A stretch of 64,000 bases of DNA from Verrucomicrobiota bacterium (lineage in GTDB: Bacteria > Verrucomicrobiota > Verrucomicrobiia > Opitutales > Cerasicoccaceae). The DNA lies in NCBI GenBank assembly GCA_039818205.1, contig JBCBUK010000001.1, forward strand, positions 160,001-224,000. Reading direction: 5' to 3'. The notes beneath the pieces were generated by a model that saw nothing but the letters and a program-made list of their open reading frames with translations, did not search any database and was not told where the DNA came from. The first letter of the stretch is position 1; the number at the start of each line of letters is the position of its first letter. Position numbers and translations under genes: made by a program. This document shows, piece after piece, positions 21,239 to 31,681 of this stretch.

Positions 21239-22771
21239 ATGGATTCCGGACTCTACCACTGCCTAGACGAACAGGCGGCTTCTCGGCCCAATGAAATATA
21301 CCTCTACTACCAAGAAGAGACCGTTACCTTTTCTCAGGCTCGAGACCGGACGGACAAACTCGGAGCTGCCTTGATTCGCTCGGGGATTAAACCCGGTGAT
21401 CGCGTTGCGATGATGATGCCCAACCGCCCCGAACTCGTTTTCGCATATTTTGCGTGCTGGCGAATCGGCGCCATCGCCGTTCCCTTGAACACTCGCTACC
21501 AGCGACGTGAAGTGAGCTACGTCCTGGAGCACTCTGGGGCGATCGCACTCATCGTAAGCGAAGACTACTTCAATTTAGTTGAGCCACTTTGCCGCAAAGG
21601 TGACCTCCACGACCACACCATTATCGTCGATGGCAAGAAGGCCAACATCGCGCATTGGATCGACTTTCAAGACTTCATGGAAGACTCCAATGAACCCGTT
21701 GACTGGCCCACGGTTGAGCCCGACATGCTTGCAATCATGCTCCACACGTCAGGCTCAACCGCCAACCCCAAGGGCGTGATGCACAGCCACCGTTCTCTGT
21801 TCCACATCGCCGAGCTATGCGGGAAGACGCTCATTAATGATCAGTGCAAAGTCTCGGCAGTTTATCTCTCTATTCTCTATATCGGAGGCCTGACGCTCCA
21901 GCTGCTCCGAAACACGCTCTTTGGGCGGGCTTGTGCACTGCTACCCAACCGCCAACCCGATGAGTTTATCGAAGCGCTAAAGAAATTTCCGATTACCGAT
22001 GCGACTTTGATGCCGACCGACATCATCTTTGTCCTTGAGCATCCAGAGGCCGAAGCACTCGATTGGAGTTCGATCTACACCATTACCACCGGCGGCGATA
22101 AGCCATCCTCCGACGTTCATGCGAATTTAAAACGGATCACGGGTATCGACGCGCTCGAGATGTATGGTATGACCGAAATTGGTCTCGTGACATCAAACGA
22201 CCTTGATGGCCCAAAAGTCATTGGCTCGATGGGTAAGGTGATTGAACCCGTCCAACTCGAAGTGCGCGATGCCAATAACGCGGTTGTTCCAACAAATGAG
22301 ATCGGAGAGCTCTGGGTGAAGTCTCCTGGCAACATGATGTTCTATTGGAACAACCCACAGGCAACCAAGGAAACTATGGTCGATGGCTGGATCAAAACCG
22401 GCGACCTCGTCCGCTGTGACGAGAATGGATACTATTGGTTCGAAGGCCGCAGCAAACTCATCATCGTCCGCAGCGGTTCAAACATCGCCCCTCAGGAAGT
22501 CGAGGACGTGATTGACCATAACCCAGCCGTACTTTGCAGCTGCGTTGTTGGGGTGCCCGATCCGAAATGGGGCGAGCGTGTCCGCGCCTATGTTGAGCTC
22601 AACCATGAATACGAACCCACGCCCACCGAAGCTGAGTTGATCGAGTACGCCCGCCACCATATCGCGCGCTACAAAGCACCCGAGGAAATTGTTTTCCTTG
22701 ATGCAATGCCAACAAACTCTTCCGGCAAACTCGATCGCGCGAAGTTGCGACGCATGGCCTCCGAAAGCTGA
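21239..22771 (+). CDS. AMP-dependent acyl-CoA synthetase (class I adenylate-forming)
   Basis: HTSGSTANPKGV, YGMTE, GWIKTGDL, GRSK, SGKLDR. Confidence 0.9.
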   Translation: MDSGLYHCLDEQAASRPNEIYLYYQEETVTFSQARDRTDKLGAALIRSGIKPGDRVAMMMPNRPELVFAYFACWRIGAIAVPLNTRYQRREVSYVLEHSGAIALIVSEDYFNLVEPLCRKGDLHDHTIIVDGKKANIAHWIDFQDFMEDSNEPVDWPTVEPDMLAIMLHTSGSTANPKGVMHSHRSLFHIAELCGKTLINDQCKVSAVYLSILYIGGLTLQLLRNTLFGRACALLPNRQPDEFIEALKKFPITDATLMPTDIIFVLEHPEAEALDWSSIYTITTGGDKPSSDVHANLKRITGIDALEMYGMTEIGLVTSNDLDGPKVIGSMGKVIEPVQLEVRDANNAVVPTNEIGELWVKSPGNMMFYWNNPQATKETMVDGWIKTGDLVRCDENGYYWFEGRSKLIIVRSGSNIAPQEVEDVIDHNPAVLCSCVVGVPDPKWGERVRAYVELNHEYEPTPTEAELIEYARHHIARYKAPEEIVFLDAMPTNSSGKLDRAKLRRMASES

Positions 22772-22821
22772 GCGATTTCAAGCGGCAAACACGTGACCTT
22801 GTGCTGCTCTCCCGAGCTCCT

Positions 22822-24237
22822 TTATTCGATTGCCGGAAGCACTAAATCCATCTGCGTGTTGCCATACGCAACCTGCTTCAACATGACCTCTTTGTCGTAG
22901 TCACTCATTGAATGGTCGCTGTTGATCGCGTGATGAACCGCACCCGGATCGACTTCATACCAAACCTTCGCAGCGTACCGCATCAGATTGTAGCGGCTGC
23001 TGTCGCTCACGCTGGACGCCAACTCAAATGCTGCTTCAGGTGATCGATCAACCAATGGATACACCGCGCCCTGCACAGCCTTTTGGTGAGCCGGCGAACC
23101 ATTGAGACCCGAAATCCAAGACATCGCGGCATCCGGGTCTCGTGTTGCCCAAATGCGAGCTACCTCTTTGGCGGCAACCGGCTGCATCTCTTCTGGAAAT
23201 TGGCTCAGGCTTTGAGACGCATTGACCGGATCATCGTGAGCCAACCTCACCGCAACCTGTTGGAGTAATTCACCACCAACCGAACCTTCGGCCTGCAATG
23301 CGTAGTTGAACGCACCATTCACATCCACATTCAGCCAAGCATCCACCGCTACCGCTAATGCCTGCTCTTGCGCGGTGGCGTCGGGGAGATTTTCCGCCCA
23401 ACTGAGTGCAGCCTGAATGTCTTCTTTCGCCAGCATCTGAGAATACTGACAAGCTAAGGCAGTTTTTTGGCTTCCGGATGCCATATCTTCAATCAGGTAT
23501 CCGGCGTTCACGGGATCCTGCTGCATGTAAGCAACCATCACTGTCCCATATAAATTCTGAAGACGGCGATCGACGGGCTGCGTTTCGATCCAATTAAATA
23601 CGGCATCGATGTCTTCCTGCGCCCATGCTTCAGCAACCTTTGCTAGCGCAAGGTCACGACCATAGCCGGGCAGCATCTCCTCAGCCGCCGTCATCGCAGA
23701 CTCGGGATCTGCCTTGGCATATCCAGCATACACCGATGCCAAGAGCACCTCTCGTTCGCTGTTGTTTTCAAATTGATCAACCCACCTCAAAGCGGCGCCG
23801 ACATCGGATTTCGCCATGCTTCCGAGTGCAACTGAAAGAAAATCCAAACGTCCCTCACCCGACTCCATCTCCATAGCATATTTCACCGCCGCGGCTGGGT
23901 TATCATCGGCCCAAAACTGCATCACGACCTCCATCAGGGCATGTTTCTGGGCATCGCTCGTCGACATTCGGAGTTCGTCAACAAGTGCCTTTGGATTACT
24001 GCGATCCACCATGTCTCGCATACTTCGATTCAGCTCATCGATACTCAACTGAGCTTCGGATCCGCCACGGTGCTCGTCCGACCGCGACATTCCACGCTTG
24101 TCGTCGAGGGCCTGCGAAACCGTGTAGTTAGTGATATCAGTGGACTGCGGAGAAGACTGTTCGCCGAGATAAAAGCCAATAGCGACGCCAGCGCAAAGAC
24201 TAGCCGCCGCAATTCCAAGGGAGATTTGCCAACGCAT
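22822..24237 (-). CDS. Membrane-anchored alpha-helical repeat protein (WxxxDPxAAxxW repeats)
   Basis: N-terminal TM segment; repeated WADDNPAAA / YAKADPESA / WATRDPDAAMSW units. Confidence 0.7.
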   Translation of the reverse strand: MRWQISLGIAAASLCAGVAIGFYLGEQSSPQSTDITNYTVSQALDDKRGMSRSDEHRGGSEAQLSIDELNRSMRDMVDRSNPKALVDELRMSTSDAQKHALMEVVMQFWADDNPAAAVKYAMEMESGEGRLDFLSVALGSMAKSDVGAALRWVDQFENNSEREVLLASVYAGYAKADPESAMTAAEEMLPGYGRDLALAKVAEAWAQEDIDAVFNWIETQPVDRRLQNLYGTVMVAYMQQDPVNAGYLIEDMASGSQKTALACQYSQMLAKEDIQAALSWAENLPDATAQEQALAVAVDAWLNVDVNGAFNYALQAEGSVGGELLQQVAVRLAHDDPVNASQSLSQFPEEMQPVAAKEVARIWATRDPDAAMSWISGLNGSPAHQKAVQGAVYPLVDRSPEAAFELASSVSDSSRYNLMRYAAKVWYEVDPGAVHHAINSDHSMSDYDKEVMLKQVAYGNTQMDLVLPAIE

Positions 24238-24303
24238 GATTCAACGAGATGAGGGTAAGTGGGTAAGAAGTCATTTAAGCACTTGGACCAAAAGGTTCGA
24301 GAG

Positions 24304-24338
24304 AAAAAAGCAGGCGCCCAATCGCCTGGGCGCCTGCT
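24304..24338 (-). terminator. Intrinsic terminator after the 833-aa gene
   Basis: aaaaaagcaggcgccca-atcgcc-tgggcgcctgct. Confidence 0.7.
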
Positions 24339-24357
24339 GATACCATGCAAAATCGGT

Positions 24358-26859
24358 CTATTGATAGGTAATCTCGAGAACTGGGTTGGTCGCACCTTCC
24401 GAAGAAGAGAACCATACGTCGTTACCACCGCCATCCATGGTCACAACGAAGGTGATTTCTCCATTGCCAATGGAAGTGCCGAGGTCGATTTCCAGAGATC
24501 CGCCGTTAGCGTAGGAGCCAGTGACGCTACCGAGCTGAGCACCTTGGCTAGGCGCATTGCCCGCGGTGATGCTTGCTTCGGTCCAACCAGGGTTGCTGTT
24601 CCCCTGATATACGCGCACGGTGCCGCTACCCGACTCAGTATTCTGGAAGACCAGCTTAGCACCGGTAACCGTTCCACTTACACCGTTTACGTCGAACTTC
24701 AGGTAAGAGACTCGGAAGTTTGGCTCCACCTTAAGATTGGTGTCGTTGAACGGAGTCGAGCCCTGGATATAGGCGTCTTGGGTTGGGTTCTCGGTGACCG
24801 TTCCACCGGAGCTACCACCGCTTCCAAGTGTGAATTGGACCTGAGAACAATTGTCGTAAGCGGGGCCATTGGTCCAGTTTTCACCGACGTTATACAAACC
24901 TGCGGTGAACTTGTAAGTACCTGCTGGTTGGGTGCCGATATTCAGCGGAATCGTAGCCGTCGACGTCCCGGCAGGAACCGTTACCGTATTCGCGCCAATC
25001 CAGCCGTTGTCAGAAACGCGACGAATCTCAAGATAGATATCACGAGAAGCGGTTGCCTCATAATCCAATGCGATGTTCACGGTGCTTGCGTTCGCAACCG
25101 TGGACGGTAGCGAGGAGCACACCAACGCATTGTTCGTTGGGCCGGTACCGCCAGAAGTCAGACTGAACTGGATCTGTGAGCAATTATCATAAGCCGTTCC
25201 ATTCGACCAGTTCTCACCAACGTTATACATGCCGGCGGTGAACTTGTAAGTGCCGTCAGGCTGAGTCCCGATGTTCAACGGAATCGTAGCCGTCAAAGTT
25301 CCAGCCGGAACCGTTACCGTATTTGAGGTAACCCAGCCATTATCGGAAACGCGACGAACCTCAAGATAGATATCGCGAGAAGCGGTCGCCTCGTAGTCGA
25401 GGGCCACATTGATCGACGTAGCATTCGTAATTGTTGCGGGCAAGCTTGAGCAAACCAATCCATTGTTCGTCGGACCCGTGCCGCCGCCAGTGACCGAAAC
25501 ATTTACCGTCGCGCAGGTGGCGAAAGGATTCTGCCACCCAGCGCCAACTGCGCGCAGTGATGGTCGTAATTCACCTGCGGTACCAACGGCGGGTGCGCCT
25601 CCGTTTGGTGTAATGGTCACCGTTGCGGTACCAGAACCAGAGCCAACGGTGGTACGGAAGGTGCCACCCCAAACGCCATTGCCATACCACTCAACCGTTA
25701 CATCGCGGGGTCCAGCAGCCGAATACGGGATCTGGACATCAAACGACGCGGCTGACGCAACCGAGCTCGGCAACTGGCTGCAGTCGATGCTATCGTTTCC
25801 CGGGTTACCTCCGACAGGGCCTGGGACCGGGCCGTTGGCACTATTGGTATTGGTGACATAGCGATTCCAGAACTTCTGGATCGTATTGGCGTTGGTGCCG
25901 ACGTTGAAGATGTACCAGGTCTCCGCGGTGTCAGAGAAATCGACGCCACCATTGGAGATGTTGGAGTAACTTGGGAAGAAGCCGTGAGCGGCCAAGACAC
26001 TGTCCGCCTCAAGCCAGAGGTTGCGAGCGTGGGTGTTTGGGTTACTATTCGCCTCCGCTGAGGTCTGCCAATTGTTCGCCGAGCTGTTGTAGCCTGGGGT
26101 CGCGTTGTTACCATTACCATCCGCGATACGGCGGTAGTCCGTGTTGTTACGGACCCACTCAAGAACCGTTGCCTGACCAGCCGGAACTGAGCCACCACCA
26201 CTGATGCCACGCTTCGGTGTGGTCGTCGTGTTGTTCTCGTTCCAATTACTATGCTGCACAACAATGATCCGGTTGCGCGTATCGTTTGCCGTGTATCCGG
26301 TCGTGTTGATCAACGACTGAACCCAGTCACGTGTGAAGTCCATGTTGCCGGCGTCAGCGACGTAGACATTACCACCGCGATCAAGAGCCGTCTTGGCTTT
26401 TGCCACAACAGCATTGACGGCTGGAATCCAGTTCGTGTTCTGTCCCCAGTTTGCGCTGCCCGATGCGGGGAAATTCGAGTTTTGAGGGAAGGTATTGCGA
26501 TTGCCCATACCCGCTTGTGACCAGCGACCTGGCCCAAAAGCAAGGTCCATCAAAGCTGGAGCCGGTATAAAGTTATTGTTCTCGCAGACATTACAGTTGT
26601 AGCCCTGCATGCCCACGGTGCCTTGGACACCGTAGAAATCAACTCCATGAAGGTCGGGGTGAGCCAACATCGAGCCGACCGCGGCTATCGCTTGGATATC
26701 GTCCGGGTCCGGCTTACTGTCGAACTGGGCGATGTATAAATCCTTCGTCTTATCAAAATTGATCGTCGGAGGATTGTTGTTCACCGGGGTTGGTGATTGA
26801 GCTTGAGCCGCGTAAACAAACGCAAGCGAAGCAAGCCCCGCGAGGAGGTATTTTTTCAT
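24358..26859 (-). CDS. Secreted modular protein: DxxPDxDD catalytic-like domain, three Ig-like repeats, C-terminal DNRLRE/CBM96-like domain
   Basis: Signal peptide; [30 protein letters not shown]; three CSxLP...Y.A...RD modules; PTQDAYIQG...SYLKFDV...SSE. Confidence 0.75.
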   Translation of the reverse strand: MKKYLLAGLASLAFVYAAQAQSPTPVNNNPPTINFDKTKDLYIAQFDSKPDPDDIQAIAAVGSMLAHPDLHGVDFYGVQGTVGMQGYNCNVCENNNFIPAPALMDLAFGPGRWSQAGMGNRNTFPQNSNFPASGSANWGQNTNWIPAVNAVVAKAKTALDRGGNVYVADAGNMDFTRDWVQSLINTTGYTANDTRNRIIVVQHSNWNENNTTTTPKRGISGGGSVPAGQATVLEWVRNNTDYRRIADGNGNNATPGYNSSANNWQTSAEANSNPNTHARNLWLEADSVLAAHGFFPSYSNISNGGVDFSDTAETWYIFNVGTNANTIQKFWNRYVTNTNSANGPVPGPVGGNPGNDSIDCSQLPSSVASAASFDVQIPYSAAGPRDVTVEWYGNGVWGGTFRTTVGSGSGTATVTITPNGGAPAVGTAGELRPSLRAVGAGWQNPFATCATVNVSVTGGGTGPTNNGLVCSSLPATITNATSINVALDYEATASRDIYLEVRRVSDNGWVTSNTVTVPAGTLTATIPLNIGTQPDGTYKFTAGMYNVGENWSNGTAYDNCSQIQFSLTSGGTGPTNNALVCSSLPSTVANASTVNIALDYEATASRDIYLEIRRVSDNGWIGANTVTVPAGTSTATIPLNIGTQPAGTYKFTAGLYNVGENWTNGPAYDNCSQVQFTLGSGGSSGGTVTENPTQDAYIQGSTPFNDTNLKVEPNFRVSYLKFDVNGVSGTVTGAKLVFQNTESGSGTVRVYQGNSNPGWTEASITAGNAPSQGAQLGSVTGSYANGGSLEIDLGTSIGNGEITFVVTMDGGGNDVWFSSSEGATNPVLEITYQ
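24820..25490 (-). repeat. Intragenic tandem duplication, 333-bp period
   Basis: cattgttcgt at 25128 and 25461; two near-identical ~111-aa GTGPTNN.LVCSSLP... units. Confidence 0.9.
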
Positions 26860-27310
26860 TTTTAGTATACTAGGGTTACCTGGGGGTTGAGAACGAACAT
26901 GGCATACTCATGCACCGCGAGCGCACGCGATTGGCGCAAGCTTTCGCACAAACCAAGCGTTCAAGAAAAAGGGAGTAATTTCAGCAATAAGGGATCCGGT
27001 GGGAGGCCGGAACGGGAGGGAGTAAGTTTTGAGAGGGGGGGCGGAAAGTTCGAAACAAACGAACTGGAATGCCTGTGAACACTACTTCAGTTTTGTTTTC
27101 AAGGAAAAAATCTCCCCGATATAACAATTGAGGCACCCTACCTATTTACACGTATAAAGTCAATCTTCCATTGACCGACAACGATCGAAGATGTGCGCGG
27201 CCAGAGCAAGAGCTCGCAGCGGATCGAATGGTCTCAATGGCCAACTACTGAAATAAGACAGCGTCTGTGACCTATCCGTGCAGTCGGTCGACCTCAGCCC
27301 CCTGCATCTC

Positions 27311-28183
27311 TTAGGAAATCTCCCGATATTTTCGGATCATTTCGGCGAGCGCTCCAAAAACGCTCAAATTGAAGCCGGTTGTCAAAAAGATGAGGGTCTT
27401 ATCCGTCAAATTCTGCAGGAAGAACACGTCGTAGAAGAGGCTCACAACAAAACCGAAGAAAAAGAAAATAATCAGCGGCCCTAAGATTCGAAGCGGCGCA
27501 AACATCATCCCAGTCATTGCAATCAGGCGTATAAATCTGAGGGTATCGCGAATCGGTTTGATATGAGAAACTCCCTGGCGCGTAAAGTAATCGATCGGAA
27601 CAAACTTTACCGCGTACTGATTGCAAAGCATCGCCATCGTGATGGTCGTCGTCAGGCTGAAACCTGAGGGATAGATCGGCATATATTTGCAACCTACCTC
27701 GGTCCGGAACACCCGAAGCCCTGAGTTCATATCCGGAATGTCCTCCTGTGCGATCCAGACCATGAACCGTCTCAGAAAGATCTTGGGTATTTTTCTCAAG
27801 GTCGAGTATTCGACATTCTCGCCCGTCCGTGAACCGACTACCATATCGCAATTTTCACCCAGCCCATAGAGCTCAAACAGTTTCGCGGGATCATACGTTC
27901 CATCGGCGTCCACAATCCCTGTCCAATCATATTTGGCACGGCGCATTCCAGTTTTAATTGAGGCCCCGTATCCTTGATTCCTTCGATGACGGATGAGGTT
28001 AACCTTTGGGAATGCCTCGACTAAGCTGGCAGTCGCATCCGTCGAGCAATCATCCACCACGATTACCTCATGCTCGATATTCGATTGCTCGGCGGCTTCA
28101 AATAATCGTTTGAGCGTTTCGGTCACGCCCGCCGCCTCGTTGTAAGCAGGAATAATGATGGTGAGTCCCGGACGGGTATTCAT
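27311..28183 (-). CDS. Glycosyltransferase family 2 (DPM1-like) with C-terminal TMs
   Basis: IIIPAYNE, VVDDCSTD, NQGYG, DADG. Confidence 0.9.
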   Translation of the reverse strand: MNTRPGLTIIIPAYNEAAGVTETLKRLFEAAEQSNIEHEVIVVDDCSTDATASLVEAFPKVNLIRHRRNQGYGASIKTGMRRAKYDWTGIVDADGTYDPAKLFELYGLGENCDMVVGSRTGENVEYSTLRKIPKIFLRRFMVWIAQEDIPDMNSGLRVFRTEVGCKYMPIYPSGFSLTTTITMAMLCNQYAVKFVPIDYFTRQGVSHIKPIRDTLRFIRLIAMTGMMFAPLRILGPLIIFFFFGFVVSLFYDVFFLQNLTDKTLIFLTTGFNLSVFGALAEMIRKYREIS

Positions 28184-28308
28184 CCGAGGAATTTTGTCAC
28201 CCCACCCTGGGAGTCAACCAATTTCCAAGACCCAGAGGCGAGGACCGAGCAAAAAACAGCAGCCCATCGGCTAAGAAGAGCTGCTGTCCAATTCGTTCAA
28301 CCGACAAG

Positions 28309-29295
28309 CTAGTTTTCGACAACAACTTTGCCCATGCCCTGCTTGCTCTCCAGGCGGGCATAGGCTTCACCAACCTGCTCGAGCGAATAGCTCGTTTCGT
28401 CCAAGACTGGCTTCAACGCGCCAGCTTCCGCAATCTCCGTAAGCGCACTCAAAATCTCTGCATGCTCTTGGCGCCGAAAATCGTGGAGCATCGGGATGAG
28501 CATGAATACCACATGTAGCGACAACCCCTTGAAGTGGGCCAATGTTAGGTCGAGCTCACACATCGACACCGTTGAGGCAACTTGACCATTGAGCGCGGCT
28601 GCGGCGAATGAATTTGCCATATTCAATCCACCAACGGAATCGAACACCACCTCAAATCCAGCCCCATCAGTGTGCTTCGCTACGTAAGATTCGACGGATT
28701 CCGCTTTGTAATTGATGGCTGTGGCCCCGAGCTGCTCAATGAGCGCGAGCTGCTTGTCTCCGCCTCCCGTCGCATATACATCGGCTCCAAAGTGGTTCGC
28801 GAGTTGTAAGGCGATGTGCCCCACCCCGCCAGAACCGCCATGAACCAAAACCTTTTGGCCAGCTTTGATACCGGCGCGCACCAAACCTTCGTATGCCGTG
28901 ATGCCAACCAATGGAATCGCGGCCGCCTCGCGCATAGACAGATTTTTTGGCTTCTGTGCAACCAATCGACTATCCGCGCAGATGTATTCGGCCAAAGTTC
29001 CAGGAAGGTCCGCAAGCCCACCAGCACAGCCATATACTTCGTCTCCGATCGAGTAATGGCCAACGTCTTCGCCAACGGCTTCCACCGTCCCCGCAAAATC
29101 CATCCCGAGAATCGCGGGTGAGTCCGGAGACAACGGCAAATCCTTGCCCATGGAACGAATCATCGTGTCGACCGTGTTGACACTAGAAGCCGCGATACGA
29201 ACGAGCAGGTGACCGGGCTTGACCGCGGGTTTGTCGACCTCCACGGACTCAAAAGTTGCATCCGCACCGTAGCTATTGAGAATCATTGCTTTCAT
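28309..29295 (-). CDS. MDR-family NADPH:quinone oxidoreductase
   Basis: SSVNTVD, LGMDFAGTV, HGGSGGVG, GKVVV. Confidence 0.9.
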   Translation of the reverse strand: MKAMILNSYGADATFESVEVDKPAVKPGHLLVRIAASSVNTVDTMIRSMGKDLPLSPDSPAILGMDFAGTVEAVGEDVGHYSIGDEVYGCAGGLADLPGTLAEYICADSRLVAQKPKNLSMREAAAIPLVGITAYEGLVRAGIKAGQKVLVHGGSGGVGHIALQLANHFGADVYATGGGDKQLALIEQLGATAINYKAESVESYVAKHTDGAGFEVVFDSVGGLNMANSFAAAALNGQVASTVSMCELDLTLAHFKGLSLHVVFMLIPMLHDFRRQEHAEILSALTEIAEAGALKPVLDETSYSLEQVGEAYARLESKQGMGKVVVEN

Positions 29296-29335
29296 AAAGG
29301 GGGTCTTTGATTGGTTTGGTTGTGTGACCTTGAAA

Positions 29336-30181
29336 TTAGTTGATTTCCTGAACCTGCATCACGAGGTCGTTCCAGTTCCGCTGGTTCTCGATGTCGTGCT
29401 CCATACCTTTCTCATCAGCAATGGCGAATCGCTTGACGGCTGGCGTCTTGCTGGTTGCTTGATACAACCAATAAGCCTCGGCTTTCAGGGCCTCATCAAT
29501 TGGCTTATCGATCGACTCGTAGACTGCCTGTTTGCAAGCATTGATGGATTCGGCAGGAAACTTCGCAATTCGCTTAGCTAGCGCATCGACATAGGGCCCA
29601 ATCTCATCCGGATCGAGCGCCCGGTTAATTGTCCCGTAAGCTTCGGCTTCGTCAGCACCGAAGTCTCGGGCACTAAGGATAATTTCCAATGCCCGACCAA
29701 GCCCTGCCTGACGCGCCATGCGGGAGGCTCCACCACCACAAGGTAATATTCCCATGCCCACTTCCATCTGCATAAACTTGAACTTTCCTCGAGCTGCGAA
29801 GCGCATATCGAGGGCCAAAGCAAGCTCATGACCTCCACCTCGGGCAAATCCCTCGAGCTTAGCAATCGTTGCCTGAGGCACCTTACTGATGCGTTCACAA
29901 ACCGATTGAAGATCCAACAACTGGGCTTCGTCCCGGGAAACGGCTTCGGTCGACATATCCTTCAACAGCTCAGTGTCGTAGTGGCAAACCCAGATCTCCG
30001 GATTAGCCGATTGAAACACGACAACCTTTGTGTCGCGATCGCGCTCCAAGCGCATTGCCAAGCTGTTAAGGTCAGCCAACATTTCCTGTCCTTGGACGTT
30101 CACTGATCCGAAATCAAAAGTAACGGTTAGAATGCCGTCGCTTTGCTTTGTCGTAAATGTTGTAAATCCTGCGTATTTCAT
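29336..30181 (-). CDS. Enoyl-CoA hydratase/isomerase family protein
   Basis: ARGGGHELALALDMRFA, MEVGMGILPCGGG. Confidence 0.9.
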   Translation of the reverse strand: MKYAGFTTFTTKQSDGILTVTFDFGSVNVQGQEMLADLNSLAMRLERDRDTKVVVFQSANPEIWVCHYDTELLKDMSTEAVSRDEAQLLDLQSVCERISKVPQATIAKLEGFARGGGHELALALDMRFAARGKFKFMQMEVGMGILPCGGGASRMARQAGLGRALEIILSARDFGADEAEAYGTINRALDPDEIGPYVDALAKRIAKFPAESINACKQAVYESIDKPIDEALKAEAYWLYQATSKTPAVKRFAIADEKGMEHDIENQRNWNDLVMQVQEIN

Positions 30182-30426
30182 GGCTCTCGATTATTCGATT
30201 TTGTTTTGAAATTTCTTCTTCGCTACGGGCAAAGACCTTTCCCTCCCCGCATTTTCCAACATTAGCCGAATCGCTTGAGCCATCAAAGTGAAACACTATA
30301 ACGAATATTGGTTTCTATAGCAAAAATATTGGCTTCCTGAAGTGAAACAGCCTATTCGGAGCCTTGACATCCGGGTTATACTGGTTTTCGAGCAATTTCC
30401 GACCCATCACGGGCAATAATTTTACA

Positions 30427-31284
30427 ATGCAAACAGAATCCGCCCAACAAGCCTTTGAACTCCACGTCGAAGAGATATCGGCCTGGGGCAAGCGTGCGCA
30501 CAAACACAACTTCTTTGAGATCGTCTACGTCGAGCAAGGCGCCGGCCACCAATGCATCAACGTCCATGAATTCGAATACAAGGCGGGCAACATCTTCCTC
30601 TTGCCTCCGCTCGACTGCCACTCGTTCCGAGTATCCGAACCGTCGCGCTTCTACTACGTGCGCTTTACGGATCATTTCTTTTTAAACAAGAACGGCCTGA
30701 CCCAATATTCGGATTGGTTCGAAAACATCTCCTACATCCTCGCCAACTACAATCGGGTCCCGGGGGATATCATTTCATCTGAACGTGAACGACAATTCAT
30801 TATCCAGAACATCAAGGCCATCCACCAAGAGTACACGACTTCCGACGGCTACTCTGATGCCATCATCACCGGCATTGTTGCTTCAATCCTGAACATCCTT
30901 GCGAGGAGTATTGAGAATCGATACGTCGACGAGGCCAACGAAATCGAAAGCCGCTTCGGCGAGGTGCTCCGATACATCAACAAGAACTTAACCGATAAGG
31001 AAAAAACTCGCCTCCCTGCCCTGGCCGATCGCTTCGGCATCTCGCAGACCTACTTCTCAGAATACTTCAAGAAGCAAGCTGGCGAGAGTCTGGCGAATTA
31101 CATCATCAAGTCAAAGCTCCGCCTGGTGGAAACCAAGGTGCTCCACACGGACCTACCCCTCAAAGAAATTGCCTACCAACTGAACTTCACGGATAGCAGT
31201 CACCTCGCCCGCGCATTTAAGAAGGCCTATGGGGTGACGATTTCCGAGTTCAAAGCCATCGGCGGCAGCGTGCAATGTCGCTAA
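30427..31284 (+). CDS. AraC-family transcriptional regulator
   Basis: [10 protein letters not shown] cupin; [25 protein letters not shown]. Confidence 0.9.
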   Translation: MQTESAQQAFELHVEEISAWGKRAHKHNFFEIVYVEQGAGHQCINVHEFEYKAGNIFLLPPLDCHSFRVSEPSRFYYVRFTDHFFLNKNGLTQYSDWFENISYILANYNRVPGDIISSERERQFIIQNIKAIHQEYTTSDGYSDAIITGIVASILNILARSIENRYVDEANEIESRFGEVLRYINKNLTDKEKTRLPALADRFGISQTYFSEYFKKQAGESLANYIIKSKLRLVETKVLHTDLPLKEIAYQLNFTDSSHLARAFKKAYGVTISEFKAIGGSVQCR

Positions 31285-31681
31285 GATAAGGCGTCGATTA
31301 GGATAAATGGATCTGATTTAAACTGGGTACTTTTGTAGGATTCTCGCGGTCTGGTTAGCCATTCTTTACCGCGGTTTCGGTGCTTTTGTTTTCTGATCCT
31401 GAGGAGTTTGTGATCTCGGCCTTTGGCGGTGTAAATAATCGCGCAGTTGCGCCTCATCCAGACGAATGATCTAATCTCCGCCTACGGCGGTACTCTCGTT
31501 ATCCGTTTCGTTCCTCGATCTTGATTCTGTATAGGAACCTTCCTCCAAGATGAAAATCAAATGTGCGAAACAATCCCTACGTTATCTCCTTGGGGCTGCT
31601 TCACCGGTTCGAATTCAGCCTTCGAAATCACTTTGGTGGCTTGGGTTTGCCACGTGTTCTCGATCAGACTAGCACTCAGGC

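Noticed and set aside
24259..25110. 283-aa plus-strand ORF
   Set aside because: Antisense to the well-supported 833-aa gene.
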